Of a stretch of 64,000 bases of DNA, positions 1-14,258 are shown in pieces. The notes under the pieces are model-generated. The model made no database searches. It was not told the origin of the DNA and worked only from the letters and a program-made list of their open reading frames with translations. How positions within the stretch are numbered: the stretch's first letter is position 1; each line of letters starts with the position of its first letter. A program made the translations under genes and the position numbers. This DNA is from Priapulus caudatus (lineage: Eukaryota). The DNA is taken from NCBI RefSeq assembly GCF_000485595.1, contig NW_014577089.1:181770-245769 (forward strand), read 5' to 3'.

Positions 1-1664
1 TTCTTCTTCTTCTTCTTCTTCTTCTTCTTCCTCCGTCTCCTTCCTCTTCACCCCACCACCCTACTCCTCGCTACTTCCCTAACTGCCTTCACTGACAATG
101 TCGTTGCCGAACACGCGCGCGCATGCGCTAGTATACGCAACCCCTGTTCCACTTACGTCACCATCATTGCTCTCATTCGCACGCAGTCCGCATCTTGGCA
201 CTTACGCGGCGCGGATGCAGCCGCAGTGACTCTCACGGCTGCGAGTGTTGACAAACGTGCCGCGTGTGCTGTTCACTGCACACACATGTCATGTGGATGC
301 GCGCGCCCGCCGGCGTCCACCCACCGTGAGCGTTCACGCACGCGAGGTCGCCGCGATCAATTTTACTTCGTCGACCTCGCTCCGGAATTTTCACAAAGCG
401 GCGCGATGCATCATTGCTGCACGACAGCCTCTTAATCTGCTGCGCGCATTTATATATAGCGGCTGGAATGTGAGCCGAGATGATCAATGCACGCCACCTT
501 CCCCCCTCCTACACATGGCAGGTAATCAATCAAGTAATTAGCATAAAATTTTATAATTAAATGATATATGAAAAAATCGCATTAATAATAACGCGCCGTT
601 TGATTAATCGGGCACGAGGTATGACTGCCACAGGGCATTCGCGTGTGGTTCATGGTGGTGAATCCTGGAATTGGCTTCATTGTAGGCGAGAAAGGCAGCG
701 GTTAGCCGCGTGGCTTCATCTGCAACACAATGCCATATGGCATGTTGCATTCGGAATTGTAACAAAAGCAAACTTGGCCTGATTGCTGGAAAATCGAATA
801 CGATGGAAAACAGTCATTAGGCAAAGATGCAATGTTATGATTTACAGCATGCGCAGTAAAAACGCTCGCCACGAAGCTGATCCAACACGGGAAACGCAAA
901 GCAACGCGTCGACTCGCGGCAGAAAAAAAATTACAACGCCAGTGTGTTTTGATTTCTAATGGTTTCCCAAGTAGAAGGCTCGACTTGTTTTTCGAGTTTA
1001 GATAAAATCTAAACAACATCATTGAAATCTGCATGTTTCGTGGCCGCTCTCACCGCACCACTCCGTGCGCTCACTGAATTACGAGCAGGCAAATGTGAGG
1101 ATGGGTAGAAATTCCTTGCACGTAGGTAAACATGACCTAATAACAGATCGATGTATATCTAATACTTCTGCTCATTTCCATGCAGTATTTACATAAGCGA
1201 ATGACGAGCCGGACAATGTGAAAATAAACCCGCTTCTGCACGCAAAGCCGCGCTTACGAGCCACACAGCCACGCCAGCGACGTAAACCAATTGCAACACC
1301 AGTCACAGATTATCACTGCCACGATCGTTATGACCTTATTTCGTGTTTGAAAAAAAATACACGCACGGTCGTGTTGTTTTAAGACAAACAAATCGAGCCG
1401 TAATTACGGCTTCGTTCTCCAGTTGCGCACACCGACGGCGGCTGTATGTGTGCGAGCATCGCGCGGCGACGACGGAGGCTGCGTCTCATCACGCGAAGCC
1501 AGCCCCCATAAATAACATCTCACCTCGCGATCACTGACGGCCGTAAAAACGTGGCTTCAGCGCAGCTGCTGATGCGTCAGACATGCAGTCAGGCAGCCCA
1601 TCGCTGCCCATCGCTGCATGTGCCTTCCACACACACCTGCATGCAGTTTGCAATGCATGCCAAA

Positions 1665-2836
1665 GATTGAGGAGAGAAAGAGAGGGAAAAGAGGCAAGAG
1701 AGAGAGGAAGCCTGGAAGGGCGCAGCAGTGACGAGAAGAAAAACGATGGGGGGGGAGAGTGTGAGCGAGAGATGCGAGAATGCGAGAGAGAGAGAGAGGA
1801 GAGAGAGACGGAGAGATGAAGAGAGAGAGAGAGAGAGAAGAAGAGAGAAGAGAGAAGAGGCAGTGATCGGAGATAACGGTGGAGGAGAGAGATAGATAGA
1901 GAGAAGAAGATTGCTAATGCGCATGGAAAAAAGGTCAAGAAATAAAAGTAAACAGACAACAAAATGAAACACTGACAGAAGTGAGAGTATTGTCTGTACA
2001 CCCCATGAGCGTAAAACAACTCTCAGACTCGCTCAGATATATGACGTATCTCGCACGTTTAGAACAGGTCCTGCGTTATTAGAACAAGGAACATTATTCC
2101 TCATTATCCATAAGGGACAGGAATGCGTTATTAGGACGAGCCCGCATCATGACCTGCAGCGTTCGATAGAGCAGAGTGTAATTATATGCCATAGCATGCA
2201 TACACACCTAGGACCATTTTTGCAGAGCGCAGTCATCGTAACCACGAAAACAAGTAATGTTATACTATATATATATATATAATATATATCATATATATAT
2301 CCTATGAGATGATACGCCGGACTTGGATGCGGGAAATGTTTCGAGATACACCGTACACGGCACACTATACATACTCATTAAATATATTAGCTGCAATTAC
2401 ATACGTTCACTCAAACAACGTATCCACGATATATCTACAACGAACCACAATGATATCAAGAGCTAATAAATACCTCGGTTTTAATAGGTGTTTATTAGCT
2501 CTTAATGATATATCCAGCCACCATTAGCAGAACTCGTTATAACTAGAAGTCATATAGGGTTATAACTATACCAAGTTATAAAAGACATGGCGTTAATATG
2601 AAGTACATACATCTCGGTATGATTAATTTAAAGATATACTATACAATAAAAACGAATTAAAAATACCTAGGATAAATACAAAGTTAGATACGATAAAATT
2701 GGGAGGGGCGACATTAAGAAAAGACGCGAGCGAGGGTGGAGAGAGAGAGAGAACGAAAAAGAGAATGTGAACGAGAAAAGGAGAGAGGGGAGAAAGAGAG
2801 AGAGGCGGAGAGAAAGAAAGAGAGAGAGAGAGAGAG

Positions 2837-2872
<36 letters not shown>

Positions 2873-3383
2873 CACGAGAAATAAAGAGAAAGAGAGAGCA
2901 AGCGCGAGAGAGTGCACTGTTAGCTGAGTTATGCGCTGTTTATTTCTGCAGCGTTCATGGGCGACTGTACCATGTGAGATGAACCACATGGTTAGCCTAA
3001 ACACCGATGAAGCCTTCAACAGCTTCGCATTATTCCTCGCAACCTGTGTGAATGTACTTCTCACATACTGGAGGCAGGACTGCTGCTCGATGTGTTAACA
3101 TCTCACATACACGAACGACTGGACGTTGCATAGCTAATTCAAGGAGTCCACCCACCCAGTATTTATGCCTGCTTGCCTGCCTGCCTCCCTGCCTCCCTGC
3201 CTGTCCGTCTAGCCGTCCGTCCGTCCGTCCGTCTGTCTGTCTATCTCTCTGTCTGGCTGTCTTTCACCCGCCTTCCTGTCTGTCCGTTTCCCACTTTTGT
3301 TCTCCATTTCACTCTCGCTCTCTCTCCCTCTCCTTTGCCCCTCTCCTATCCTTCTCTCTGTCCCTCTCGCTCTCCATCCTTCC

Positions 3384-3420
<37 letters not shown>

Positions 3421-3625
3421 GTGTGTCTGTCCTTCTCTTTCTTTGTCTCACACGCATGCGCACGCACGCATGCACGCACGCACACGCTCACATATACGCA
3501 CGCACACGCTCACATATACGCACGCACGCACACAAGAACACGCACTTGCTCTCCACCTCGCTGGCTCTGCCTCTACTCCCTCCTCCGTTCCCTCACCCTT
3601 CCCTCCCGTCATCTTTGCTATTCGT
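1665..3625. repeat. Cluster of GA/CT-rich simple repeats (1665-1910, 2730-2910, 3165-3625)
   Basis: Direct reading; similar tracts at 22262-22520, 26280-26730, 29490-30170 and 34020-34335. Confidence 0.85.
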
Positions 3626-6015
3626 CGCTCTCTAACCCTTCACCACAGCCATCGTTCTTGCTACTGCTGACGGTATTATACTACGGCGCGACCATGCAGC
3701 TTATTTCAGTTTCTCGGCAACAAAAGACGCTTGCGCTCTGCATGCAGTGCGCCAGTCATTACGATATCCACTGCCGACATTAGACGACAGCAAACAAATA
3801 CCACTTGTCATCGATTCTACATGAATTCATTTCGTTGTAAAATTCCCGAGCAGCAGCAGCAGTAGCAGCAGCAGCGTGCGCGGTTGTATCGGTGGCGAAG
3901 TCAGCGGGGCTAACTAGCAGCCGACGTTTTTCTGCGGAGGACAATCACAGTGTAGTGTAACTGTGTTAGACTGACCCCCCAAACGTCCCTTTTGCTATCT
4001 CCAGAATGTTATCGCCATCGAGGTCGTTGATTCTTGACAACTTGCGGCGACGGTCTTGCGTAGAATAGCGTCCAAGATTTGCGGCCGATACTTAAATCGG
4101 CCAGCGCAAGCTGGTTTTGAGTCGGCTGACGACCAGCCCTGAAACTACAGAGTGCGTAACCCGGCTTAGGAGAAAAATGAGACCTCAAGAGTTAATTGCA
4201 GTAAGCAGCTGAGGCACGCGAGACTAACGCGCGCAAGACAGCTGAGGCATGTGAGGCAGCCGCGGCACGCGATGGCCACGTGTTGGTGAGGGATTCGCGC
4301 AGTATGCGAGCCCTGCGCGGATATCTGCTGGTCCGCTGACAGGCCTCTCAGGACGCCGTAAGGGTGGTCCGAATACACGCGTCGATCTGTCCGCGCCGAA
4401 ACTAGGCAAAAACGCGATTTTCGTTCTTATACGGCCAGATGGCATACATACGCGCATTCCTGTGAGGAATTCCTACAGTCGGCGATAGGCGGAGAGCAGC
4501 TGGTACTGATGCCACGGAGTCTGCAACGCACAGCTTTCCCCCGAGATGTGATCGACTGTTCCCAGTCAGGCACTTTCGCGTGTAATATGGGAGGGAAACA
4601 AGAGACACTTGATAAAACAGCCCCAAGTGGCCCCTCTCGCCACTCCGGGGCTGCCATCGCACAAACTAGGAGACACCTATTTAAACCGGCACCATTTACT
4701 CCCTTATGCACGTAAAAAAGCCCCCAATACCTTGGATTTGACTAGGCGCACGGGCGCAGTACTCGAAAAAAAAACCTGTTTACGAAAATAACCGCACGGC
4801 AGTACTCGAAACAAGTGTCAAGCATTTTTTTCCTCGCTGCGGGCTGTTTTTCGAAAGCGGAGTCGAATTCCGAAAGCCTACGCCATGAAATATGAATATC
4901 AGACATTCCGGTCGCGGGCCCGGCGTACAATAACAAGCGAGACAGCGCGCAGATACACGGCCAGCTAGCTATTCTCAGCGCCGCCAAGGCGATGCCGTCG
5001 ATCCGGGCCGTTGGCACGCGCGCTATGCTGTTTACAAGCGTAACGTGGCAACGAGTAAATTGCGACAGCTGGAATCAAGCCGGCAGCATCACACAGTGGG
5101 CTTCTGTGTGCCGCGCTCCGGAATTGCGCTCCGGCGCGGATGCTATGTGGGATGCTGAGGACGCTGCCGCCGCACTGACCTGCTTTATTGCTCATTAAAA
5201 CATAACAGGGATTATGGCCCGTGCAGGCTCCGTGCACCAGCGTGATTCAATGCTAATAGGCTTTTCGCAGCGTGACATCTACCCTCCGCTGGCAGCCTTT
5301 GTTCGCGACGGGCTTAATGCACAGAAATTTGGGCCAATCTGAGGCCAATCGAAAATTGAAATTAATTTTTAATTTTTACCGGAGCGCAATGACGATAAAA
5401 ATACAGCGCTCTGTCACTTAGACGTGTCCCGCGGGAGGTGGGCCCACTCTAACACACTTACCCACGTACACTGAAATTTCTGCCCGTAAATTGGTTGTCA
5501 AATTCATTTCTACTCAGATGATGAGGCTAGAAGCTGACTGGCAAGAGATAAAATAGCAAAACGCGTCGTGCTAATGCCTGCCCGTGCATAGCTCTCACAC
5601 GGCGGCGGCTATCCCTCGAGTCCTAATACCGCCGAGATACGCAATCCGCCAAATTTTTTGTTATTAGTCAATTATTAGTCATTTCTCAAATAGAAATTAT
5701 ATCGTAATTATTTATCAATCTGCAACCTACAGGAGACGAAATGCTACCTCTCGCGTTTCTCATGTATTAACTTTCTGAGGTGGACGCAGTGGTGGTGAGA
5801 GCCCTGAGAGGTGGCGTTAATCATTGCAGAAGCGCGGGGAAATGTGTTTTCTGTTAATAGGAATGTCTTACTGCCATAAAATTATCTGCCACATAAATTG
5901 TAACCAATCACGTTCACTTATATTTCCCAAGCGAACAGCATCCTAATATACGACCACGAAATATGAAATTAGTGATCAGCAATATATACACGATTTGCAC
6001 GAATAGTTCGCTCAA

Positions 6016-6107
6016 ACACGCACGCATGCACACACGCACGCACGCACACACGCACGCACGCACGCACGCACGCACGCACATACGCACACATGCACACACG
6101 CACGCAT

Positions 6108-6158
<51 letters not shown>

Positions 6159-6167
6159 TGCACGCGT
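6016..6167. repeat. (GCAC)n microsatellite; a similar tract lies at 56630-56728
   Basis: Direct reading. Confidence 0.9.
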
Positions 6168-7124
6168 GAATAAGACTCTTGCGAGCACATACACTCATCG
6201 CACACACGCACACACACCCACACCAACCTATTTAAAGGAACACCACACAACATATAGTTATATCGCCAGTAACAGTCACAACACTGAAACGAGCAGGGAC
6301 AGTGGCACAATCGGTACATAAGTCAAACATATAAAATACAATAGTAAGAAAAGCTCGTGAATGGCAGCCTTTTCAGGGCCCGGGAGCTGCAGACAGAAGG
6401 CTCCCGGAAAAAATGACTGTAGTTTTGCCTCTGTAATGCCTCGCGGTGAACACACTAGGCTCACGTATCTGGATCTCGGATCTAGCATGCGGCCCAGCTC
6501 ATAAACCACACTCCACAACCCGCAGTGAATTCGTACGTGCGTCGAGCGCAAAACGATTCACAGGTTAATAGGTTTGAAACCTATTCCAAGTAGCGAATTA
6601 AATGGCTCTTCGTATCGTAATAGTCTGGATATAGGCTCGGTGCACAAAAACCCGAAGACGACAAACGAGCGTGCCGAAACAAATCTGGTCCAAAAATATC
6701 CGACTGGGTTTTGGCGGTGCTGAGAGATCTCTAGCTTCCCTCTCAAGCCGGGCCTGACGAGGGAATTAATAGCGGGTTCCCATGATGGCAGTGTGACTCA
6801 TCGAGGTCGAATAAAAATTGTGTTTGCAGTAGCCGAGTGAAAGTATTAGGTGCGCTAAAAGCAGGAGGCAGCCAAGCTGATGTGGATTCGGTCAGTTTTT
6901 TTACGAGAGCTCGCGAAATTCCACGTGTAGCGACCACTTGTTTTAAAAGCGTAAGTGAATGACAGAAATCAAACCGGGAGCACGCCTGGCTAGGCGTCAA
7001 AGGGCCACTTTGTGATTAAAAGCCAGTGGCCGCATTTTATTGACGCAGTTGACTTCACGAAGCTGTCTGCTCCCTGGCAGTCTGACATCATTCGCAACCG
7101 AAGAAATCTCGGTGACAGCTAACG

Positions 7125-7460
7125 CAACGTCACCACTGGGTCACAACGTCACCACGGCTCACAATGTCACCACGGTTCAGAATGTCACAAGTGGCTAGGA
7201 AGGGTACTTCCATGTCACCATTGTCTCACAATGTCGTCATTGGTTTACGGTGTCACTATTGACTCACCGTGTCAGCAATGTTGTACGACGTTATCATGCA
7301 CTCACAGTCTCATAATCATCTCACGATGCTACTAATAGGCTACAATATCACCGATGGCTAATAATGTCATCATTGTCATTCAATGTCACGAATTTCACAG
7401 ACTGTCATAATTAGCAAAACACCATCACCAAATCGGAATGTCACCATTACCTCACAATCA
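7125..7460. repeat. Degenerate ~18-bp tandem repeat (CACAATGTCACCACGGCT-like)
   Basis: Clear units at 7125-7190 that decay rightwards. Confidence 0.6.
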
Positions 7461-8304
7461 AGCGGGAACCTATACCTCTCGCCACGGCTACGTTTACCAG
7501 AAAAGTCTCTATAAGCAAGTACATACCTACACTATTGCCGAACCGAACCGATGTGTGGCCATTAAAAAACCGCCTAGCTAACGTTGGCTAGAAATATACC
7601 GTTTAAATATGGTTACACAGTACGAATACAAAAAAATATATATTAACATATATAATTACGGTAATAACGCTAGATTTTTATTTAAAGGCCAGCAATTACT
7701 ATATTCCATTCGCTGACATCTGTCACGACCGGTGGCAAGCGAGAAGCATTTTGCCGAATCGAATTGCAAAAAAACAAAACGCGAGAGAAAGGAAAATAAA
7801 TATCTGTGTAGTTTATCCCAAAACCAAGATGCACATCAGGTCATTAACACCGGGCGCTTTTTTGCGTCGTTTCTTAATCGAGAAATTACAAGCAAAAAAA
7901 TTCTAACCGGGAGCCGCTGCAAAACATGAACGCACGTAGAAGAGCGCGATAACGCACATCTCTAGCGGTGGGTAGGGGGAAGGTAACCTCCCCCTCCCTT
8001 CATATTCCTGCAAGTTTAATCGAAACTGACCACGGCGTTTACGCAGGGCATCCCTTCCGGGAAATCGCACCACCTTGATACAATACGAAGCCCCCCGCAG
8101 GGAAATTAGGTTCACAGCCGCGCCTCGAGTCTGGGGTACGCAGGAGACAGGCACGTGAGCGGGCTTCAGCCACGACTGTATAAACACAGCATGCGTACAT
8201 ACTGCACGCTTAGCTCGTGGAGGTGTATGGAGCGGACTAGAGGGGATGCTAGAGTGAGGGAATTCGCATCGCATCAGAGTAAAAGTCAAAGGTGATCGGA
8301 CGAG

Positions 8305-9610
8305 ATAAGTAAGGACTCTCTACTCCACCTTCTCCTCCACCACCCCGGCGGGTAAGGACTTTCACCTTCTCTTCCACCTCCCTTCCAGGTGGTTAAGGAC
8401 TCCATCCTCCTCCTCCACCTTCCCTCAGCTCCTATGCGGGTAAGGATTCCCACCACCTCCTCCATCTCCTCTCCACCTGCTAGGAGAGCAAGCATTACCA
8501 CCTCCTCCTCCACCTCCCCCTCAGCTCCTAGGCAGGTAAGCATTACCACCTCCTCCTCCACCTCCCCCTCAGCTCCTAGGCAGGTAAGCATTACCACCTC
8601 CCCCTCCCCAGCTCGCTCGTCCACGCTGCTAGGAGAGTAAAGTCATACTACCTCCGTCCCTCACACTCCCACGCTCGAGTCTCTCAGGGCAAGGTAAGGC
8701 ATTAACGAACCTCCCTCCCCAGCTCCCCCATGCCTGCTAGGAGATAAGCATATACTACCTCCTCCTCCCACTCCCCCCAGCTCCTAGGCGAGTAAGGCGA
8801 GGACCGACCGTGTCCCCTCACACCTCCCCCTCAGTTCCTAGTGCGGGGGTAAGATCGCCTACCAGACGGTCCGCGCATCTCCTCTCCTCCTGCTAGAAAC
8901 GTAAGCATTACCTACCCTCCCTTCGCCACCCGCCCCTCAGCCTCTAGGCAGGTAAGCATTACCACTCTCGCTGCCGGCACCTCCCCGCTCAGTTCCAATG
9001 CGGTAAGGAGTTTCCCACCACCGTCCTGCCGATCTCACCTCTCTACGCTAGGAGAGTGAAGCATGTACCACCGGATCCGGCCTCCACCCCCGCCTTCAAT
9101 GAAGCTCCTAAGGCAGGTAAGCATTACATACCCGGTCTTACTCCCCTCCGCCCTCGGAGCCTCCTAAACGCAGTAACATTACACCGTCGCCCCTGCCCCA
9201 GCTCCTCCCCGTGCTAGGAGAGTGAGCATTACCACCGTCCCCCTCCCCCAGCTCAGCCCTAGAACAGTAGACAATTACCACCTCCTCCCGCAAACTCTAC
9301 GGCCCTCACTCCTAGGCAGTAAGCATTACTACCGGTCCTCTCCCCTCCCCTGTCGGGGTCGTGCGTGCCTCAGCTCCAGGCAGGTAAGCAGTGACACCTC
9401 CCCCTCCCCAGCCCTCCCCACCCTGCTAGGGAGAGTCGAGCATACCGACCGTCGCTCGCTCACACCGTCCCCCATCCCCCTCAAGCTCGCTAGCCAAGGG
9501 TTAAAGCATTACCACTCCTCCTCCCACCTCCCCCTCAGCTCCTATGGCGGGTAAGCGTTACCACCTCCCTCTCCCCAGCTCCTAGATGCGTGAGGACGCC
9601 CACCACCTCA
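8305..9610. repeat. C-rich minisatellite, ~48-bp unit (CAGGTAAGCATTACCACCTCCTCCTCCACCTCCCCCTCAGCTCCTAGG)
   Basis: CAGGTAAG recurs at 8533 and 8581; later units are indel-noisy with shorter variants. Confidence 0.9.
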
Positions 9611-9879
9611 TCACTTTCCATGCAGGTATACTCTTAGCTCGCCCACTACAAGAGGCGGGGTGGTCTTCAGACATGCACGTCGATGTGCGGCGGAGGTAGG
9701 TGGGATGACGCTGTGAGAGAGCGCCGGACCAGGCACCGTGCGCGCGGGCGGTGCCTTCCGCGCCCTTGGGACCACTAAACAGCGCGCCGCCGCAGCCCGT
9801 CAGTTCTGATTAAATAATCATAATCGAATGGAAAGATAATTAGGCACGTAAATAATTAACAGTCGCCTCACGGGCTTAC

Positions 9880-10366
9880 ACCACCGACAGTGCCACCAGC
9901 ACGTCACCAGCAGCAGCACCCACAGCAGCCAGCAGCACAGCAGCAACCCCAGCAGCACGCACCCACAGAACAGCCAGCACCCAACAGGCAGCACACAAGA
10001 CACCAGCGCAGCAGAACCCCAGAAGCAGCAGCAGCGGCACAGCAGCACCCCAGCGAGCAGCAGCGCAGCAGCGCAGCACCCAGCAGCAGCAGCACGGCCC
10101 AGCAAAGCAGGCAGCAGCATCAGCAGAAGCACACCACCACCACCAGCAGCAGCAGCGAAAGCACCACCCACCACGAGCAGCACAGCCAGCAGGAAGCACG
10201 CAGAAAGCACCAGCAGCAGCGCCAGCAGAGAGGACCCCATGAGGCAGCATACCATCAGCAGCACCGACCACACTCCCCAGTCCACAGCAGCAGGCACCAC
10301 AGCAGCCACCGCCGCAGCCAGCACCGCCACAGCGAGCACCACCACAATCAGCAGCACCACCACCAT

Positions 10367-10398
<32 letters not shown>

Positions 10399-10520
10399 CC
10401 ACAAGCAGCAGCAGCACCAGCAGCAGCAGCAGCAGCACCACAAGCAGCAGCAGCACCAGCAGCAGCACCACAAGCAGCAGCAGCACCACCACAATCAGCA
10501 GCACCACCACCAGCAGCGGC
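9880..10520. repeat. CAG/CAC trinucleotide low-complexity tract
   Basis: Direct reading of the sequence; it produces polyQ/H, polyS/T and polyL/V ORFs in different frames. Confidence 0.9.
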
Positions 10521-11294
10521 AGGCCGGGGCGCAGTGCAAACACTGCTGGTGAATGAATACCCGCACGCAGGCGCGCATGCGCACCAGCGTCGCTCTCGTA
10601 CCGATGAGTATGTACAGTAGCCGATCCTCTCTAGCAGAGTGCGTTTCGGGAGAGATCGACTTAATGGGCTTCCTCACAGGAAGAGCCCTGCATGCATGCT
10701 GTTAGGATTAACTATGGCCGAGCAAGGGTTATACACGGCTAAAGCTTGCATTCCGCTGGCTTCACCGATAAGAGATATCTCGCTAGGAGTGCATCTCTGA
10801 ACAGAGGATATATGGAGGTTTACTTGCTCGGCGGTCGTTGCTCACACTACGGTCACTCTTATAGCATCAAGTCATTCCATAACCGATGGAAGTAATTCAT
10901 CACGCATGGCAAGTTCATTGCCTATGCCACGATGAGTGCTTATGCCTAGTTGATGATTGCAAAGCGATTGCTCGCGACAAAATGATTGCTTATGCCGACG
11001 GCATCATTTCTTATGCTACGTCGCGTTTATGATGGACAATGATTATATATGCTATGCGGTCGCTTATTCTTTCTTACGCAATCGACGTTCGTATGCTAAG
11101 CGCATTACTTAGTGAGTCGGCTAAGGTCATTGCTAATGTCAAGGCTATTTACAACGAACGTATTTTCATCCGACGCGAATATTGAACGCAAAAACGTGAA
11201 AAATCTCTCCATGAAGGTAATATAATCCGTCAGCTTAGGTTAGCAATATAGCGAGCTATTACGAACTGACGCTGTAAAAGGGGGCTATCTATGA

Positions 11295-11714
11295 CACAGG
11301 CACTTGGAACGTCTCAAAAAATAATGGTAAATAAACACGACATGTATTTACTACCAAAGTCTTAATGTTTCTCTACTCTATTTCGCCTATTATTGCCGAT
11401 AATTACCCGTAAATGCCGGTCAAATTCTCATCTGCAACACACAAGTACACCGCACGCACGCCCTGTGCACAAACAACATGAATAAGAGATTATTCATGTT
11501 GTTCATGTTATTCTCTCTTATTCATGTTGTTTGTGCACAGGGCGTGCGTGCGGTGTACTTGTGTGTTGCAGATGAGAATTTGACCGGCATTTACGGGTAA
11601 TTATCGGCAATAATAGGCGAAATAGAGTAGAGAAACATTAACACTTTGGTAGTAAATACATTTCGTGTTTATTTACCTTTTTTTTTAATTATTGAGACGT
11701 TCCAAGTGCCTGTG
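11295..11714. repeat. Long inverted repeat (fold-back), ~195-bp arms
   Basis: CACAGGCACTTGGAACGTCTC...CATGAATAAGAGA (11295-11489) is near-perfectly reverse-complemented at 11514-11714; spacer ~24 nt. Confidence 0.92.
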
Positions 11715-12182
11715 ATCTATAACTCGTCTATCCACACCTCTGTACTAACTCGCACCCGCTATCTCCGCCTACGACTATCCGTTTCAATCAATCCACGTCT
11801 ACACTAACTAACAACTCTATCAACTATTCATAACGCACCAGCCACGGGACTTTTTTTGTCGCTATTTTGTCGACATATCTGATGTGGCTGTCGTACACGG
11901 TCAGCCGTCTCATTATAATCTGTCAACCCAGCTCAATAGCGTGGGAACGCCTCCGCTGTGGACAGGGTGCGAATAAACGCCGCGGTAGGTGCAGCCGCGC
12001 GAACATTCGGTCTCGTCTACAGACGCGCGCAATCAGTATGGCTGAAGGTTTGCAATCAGACCCGCGTGCAATGCTATTACCCTTCACTGGGGGGCAGTGC
12101 GCTATCGTCGCCTCACTTTTTTCGCGGGAATTCGTGAGTCACGACCACACCGCAAGACGCCCGTCTGGAACCCGCCCGCCCG

Positions 12183-12438
12183 CGAATTTTTTTTTCGTAC
12201 ACGTTATATCCATTGGGCTCCTCTGATTGGCTGCTTTGATTTGACCACACCATAGATAGGATAGTGTTTGGGATACCATAGATAGTATATAAGCCGATTG
12301 GGTTTATAGTTAGTGTTATGATTAGGGTTAGGGTTAGGGTTAGGATTTTTGCATCATTCCTTGATATACGGAAAGTCTGATGCGGAAGTTGATATGCGTA
12401 TATCAAGCCCAATGGATATAACGTGTAGGAAAAAAACG
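12183..12438. mobile_element. MITE with ~33-bp TIRs and internal (TTAGGG)n
   Basis: TIR CG..TTTTTTTC(G/C)TACACGTTATATCCATTGGGCT and its reverse complement; flanked by CCCGCCCG on both sides; TTAGGG x3.8 at 12322-12344. Confidence 0.7.
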
Positions 12439-14195
12439 CCCGCCCGCCTACCCCGCGTTCACAAACGACAGCTGAAATGCAATTGCTGCCGGTAGAAAGA
12501 GAGCAGTCGAGCATCGAGAGAATCTTACCGCTCGCCGCTCTATGTGACTCCGGCTTGCTCGTGTGGTCACTCACTCCACGGCGAGGTCTGCAGCACTAGT
12601 TACCGCTGCCGTCGATGCTGCTGCTGCTGCTCGCTCACGAGATACAGTCCAGAAACAGCCTTCAGGCGACGTCGGCGATCAAAACAGCCAGTCAGAAATG
12701 TCTGCTTCATTAACTACCGCGATGAACTCTCTACAAAGCGGCGGGCGGCGGCACAGATGCTGCGTGGGCAGCGGCGCTCTCTCTCTCTCTCTCTCTCTGT
12801 ATGCGCGCGTGTGTGTAGCTGACCCGTGTTGTTGATGTTGTTGATGTTGATGATCGCTTAGCTGCCGATCACACAGACTCCTCCTCGCTGTGACCAGGTA
12901 TGCTACCAGGTATGCTACCAGGTATGACCAGGTATGCTAGGCACTCACTCACCAACTTACAGTTTCTCACCGCCAACACTCTGCGAGCAAACCACTGCCG
13001 AGTTGAGATGCTCCTTCCTGCGAAGTCATGCAAATGAGCAACGTCCACGTTTCGACGTGGAACTCACACGCACACACGTACGCAACACACAGGACGGGTG
13101 TCGGCTCACTCACTGGCTCGTCAGGAGTGGATTGCCCCCCTCTCTCTCTCTCTAGGCGCGTAACGGCAGGCTGTACGCGCGTGCGTGTATCAGCGCGTAA
13201 TACCCGTGCGTATGTGTGATGATGATCAGCAAGCCAGGAACTGGCGCTGTGAGAGCAGCTGTGTGAGCAGGGCACTGCACAAATACGCCCCGTGGCAGCG
13301 CTGACATTCTCTACATAGCTGCTGACGCGGGGCGATCCGGCATCGGGCAGCAGCCGCGTTCCTCGTAGCGCAGCAGCACGGCCCCGCTTTATGGCTTCAC
13401 ACTTCACGCCAGCAATCGCTCGCTGAGTTTATGGGCTTCTCACACTGCGCCCGGAATTTGCGCGTCTAACATCCGCACGCCCCGCACAGAAGGCCAGGAC
13501 ACCGAGGCAACGCACGTGTTCTACTGACAGGCTCACTACAAGTTCACCAGCACGTGAAGTGATGTATACGGGAGTGCTACCGACAACGTTCGTGTATCTT
13601 ACAGAGCGTTGTCCTAAGGTGCACTAATTACAACAGACCGCAGGTTATGATTAAACACATGCCTTTCACAAGTTTGTCATAGAGGGCACTGCTGATTATC
13701 CAGTTAGCTCACAGCGTATTGTCATAAATGGCTCTAGTAGCGAGCACGAAAACACCGTTTACAGAGCACTGTCATAGTTGGTGCTGGTGGCCACACATAG
13801 CCTGCGTGTCACTGTCACAGAGGGATGTACTGGCTTCACATGTAGCGCATGGTCAGAGAGAGGGCGCTAGTGGTAAACACACATGGCTGTCGCAGTATGG
13901 CTACTCTACTGGCTACGCGTACGTAGCGTGCTCTACTGAGTATACAAACGTGAGGCTTCCGACCGACGACAAACATATACGCGCACACCTCGCAGGCCAA
14001 GAGCTTAGAGAAGGAAAGACTGCGTGGCTGCTTGCGCGTGGAGCACACACACACATACACACACACACGCTGCTCTGTGTACAGTGTGCGGCGCAGAATG
14101 AGCCGAGCAGCTACAATGCCTGCTGATAAATAGTGCCTCCTGCGCCTAGGCACGTGACACAGATCAGCGGAGGAGTGCAAACACACAGCAGATGA

Positions 14196-14256
<61 letters not shown>
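14196..14256. repeat. (CTG)n microsatellite, ~20 units
   Basis: Direct reading. Confidence 0.92.

Positions 14257-14258
<2 letters not shown>

Noticed and set aside
4160..6750. Transposon-like internal sequence
   Set aside because: I could not find matching termini, a TSD or transposase coding remnants.
9818..10552. PolyQ/H protein or Leu/Val-rich membrane protein
   Set aside because: This trinucleotide repeat is open in several frames, and no frame has independent support beyond one weak donor noted in the findings.
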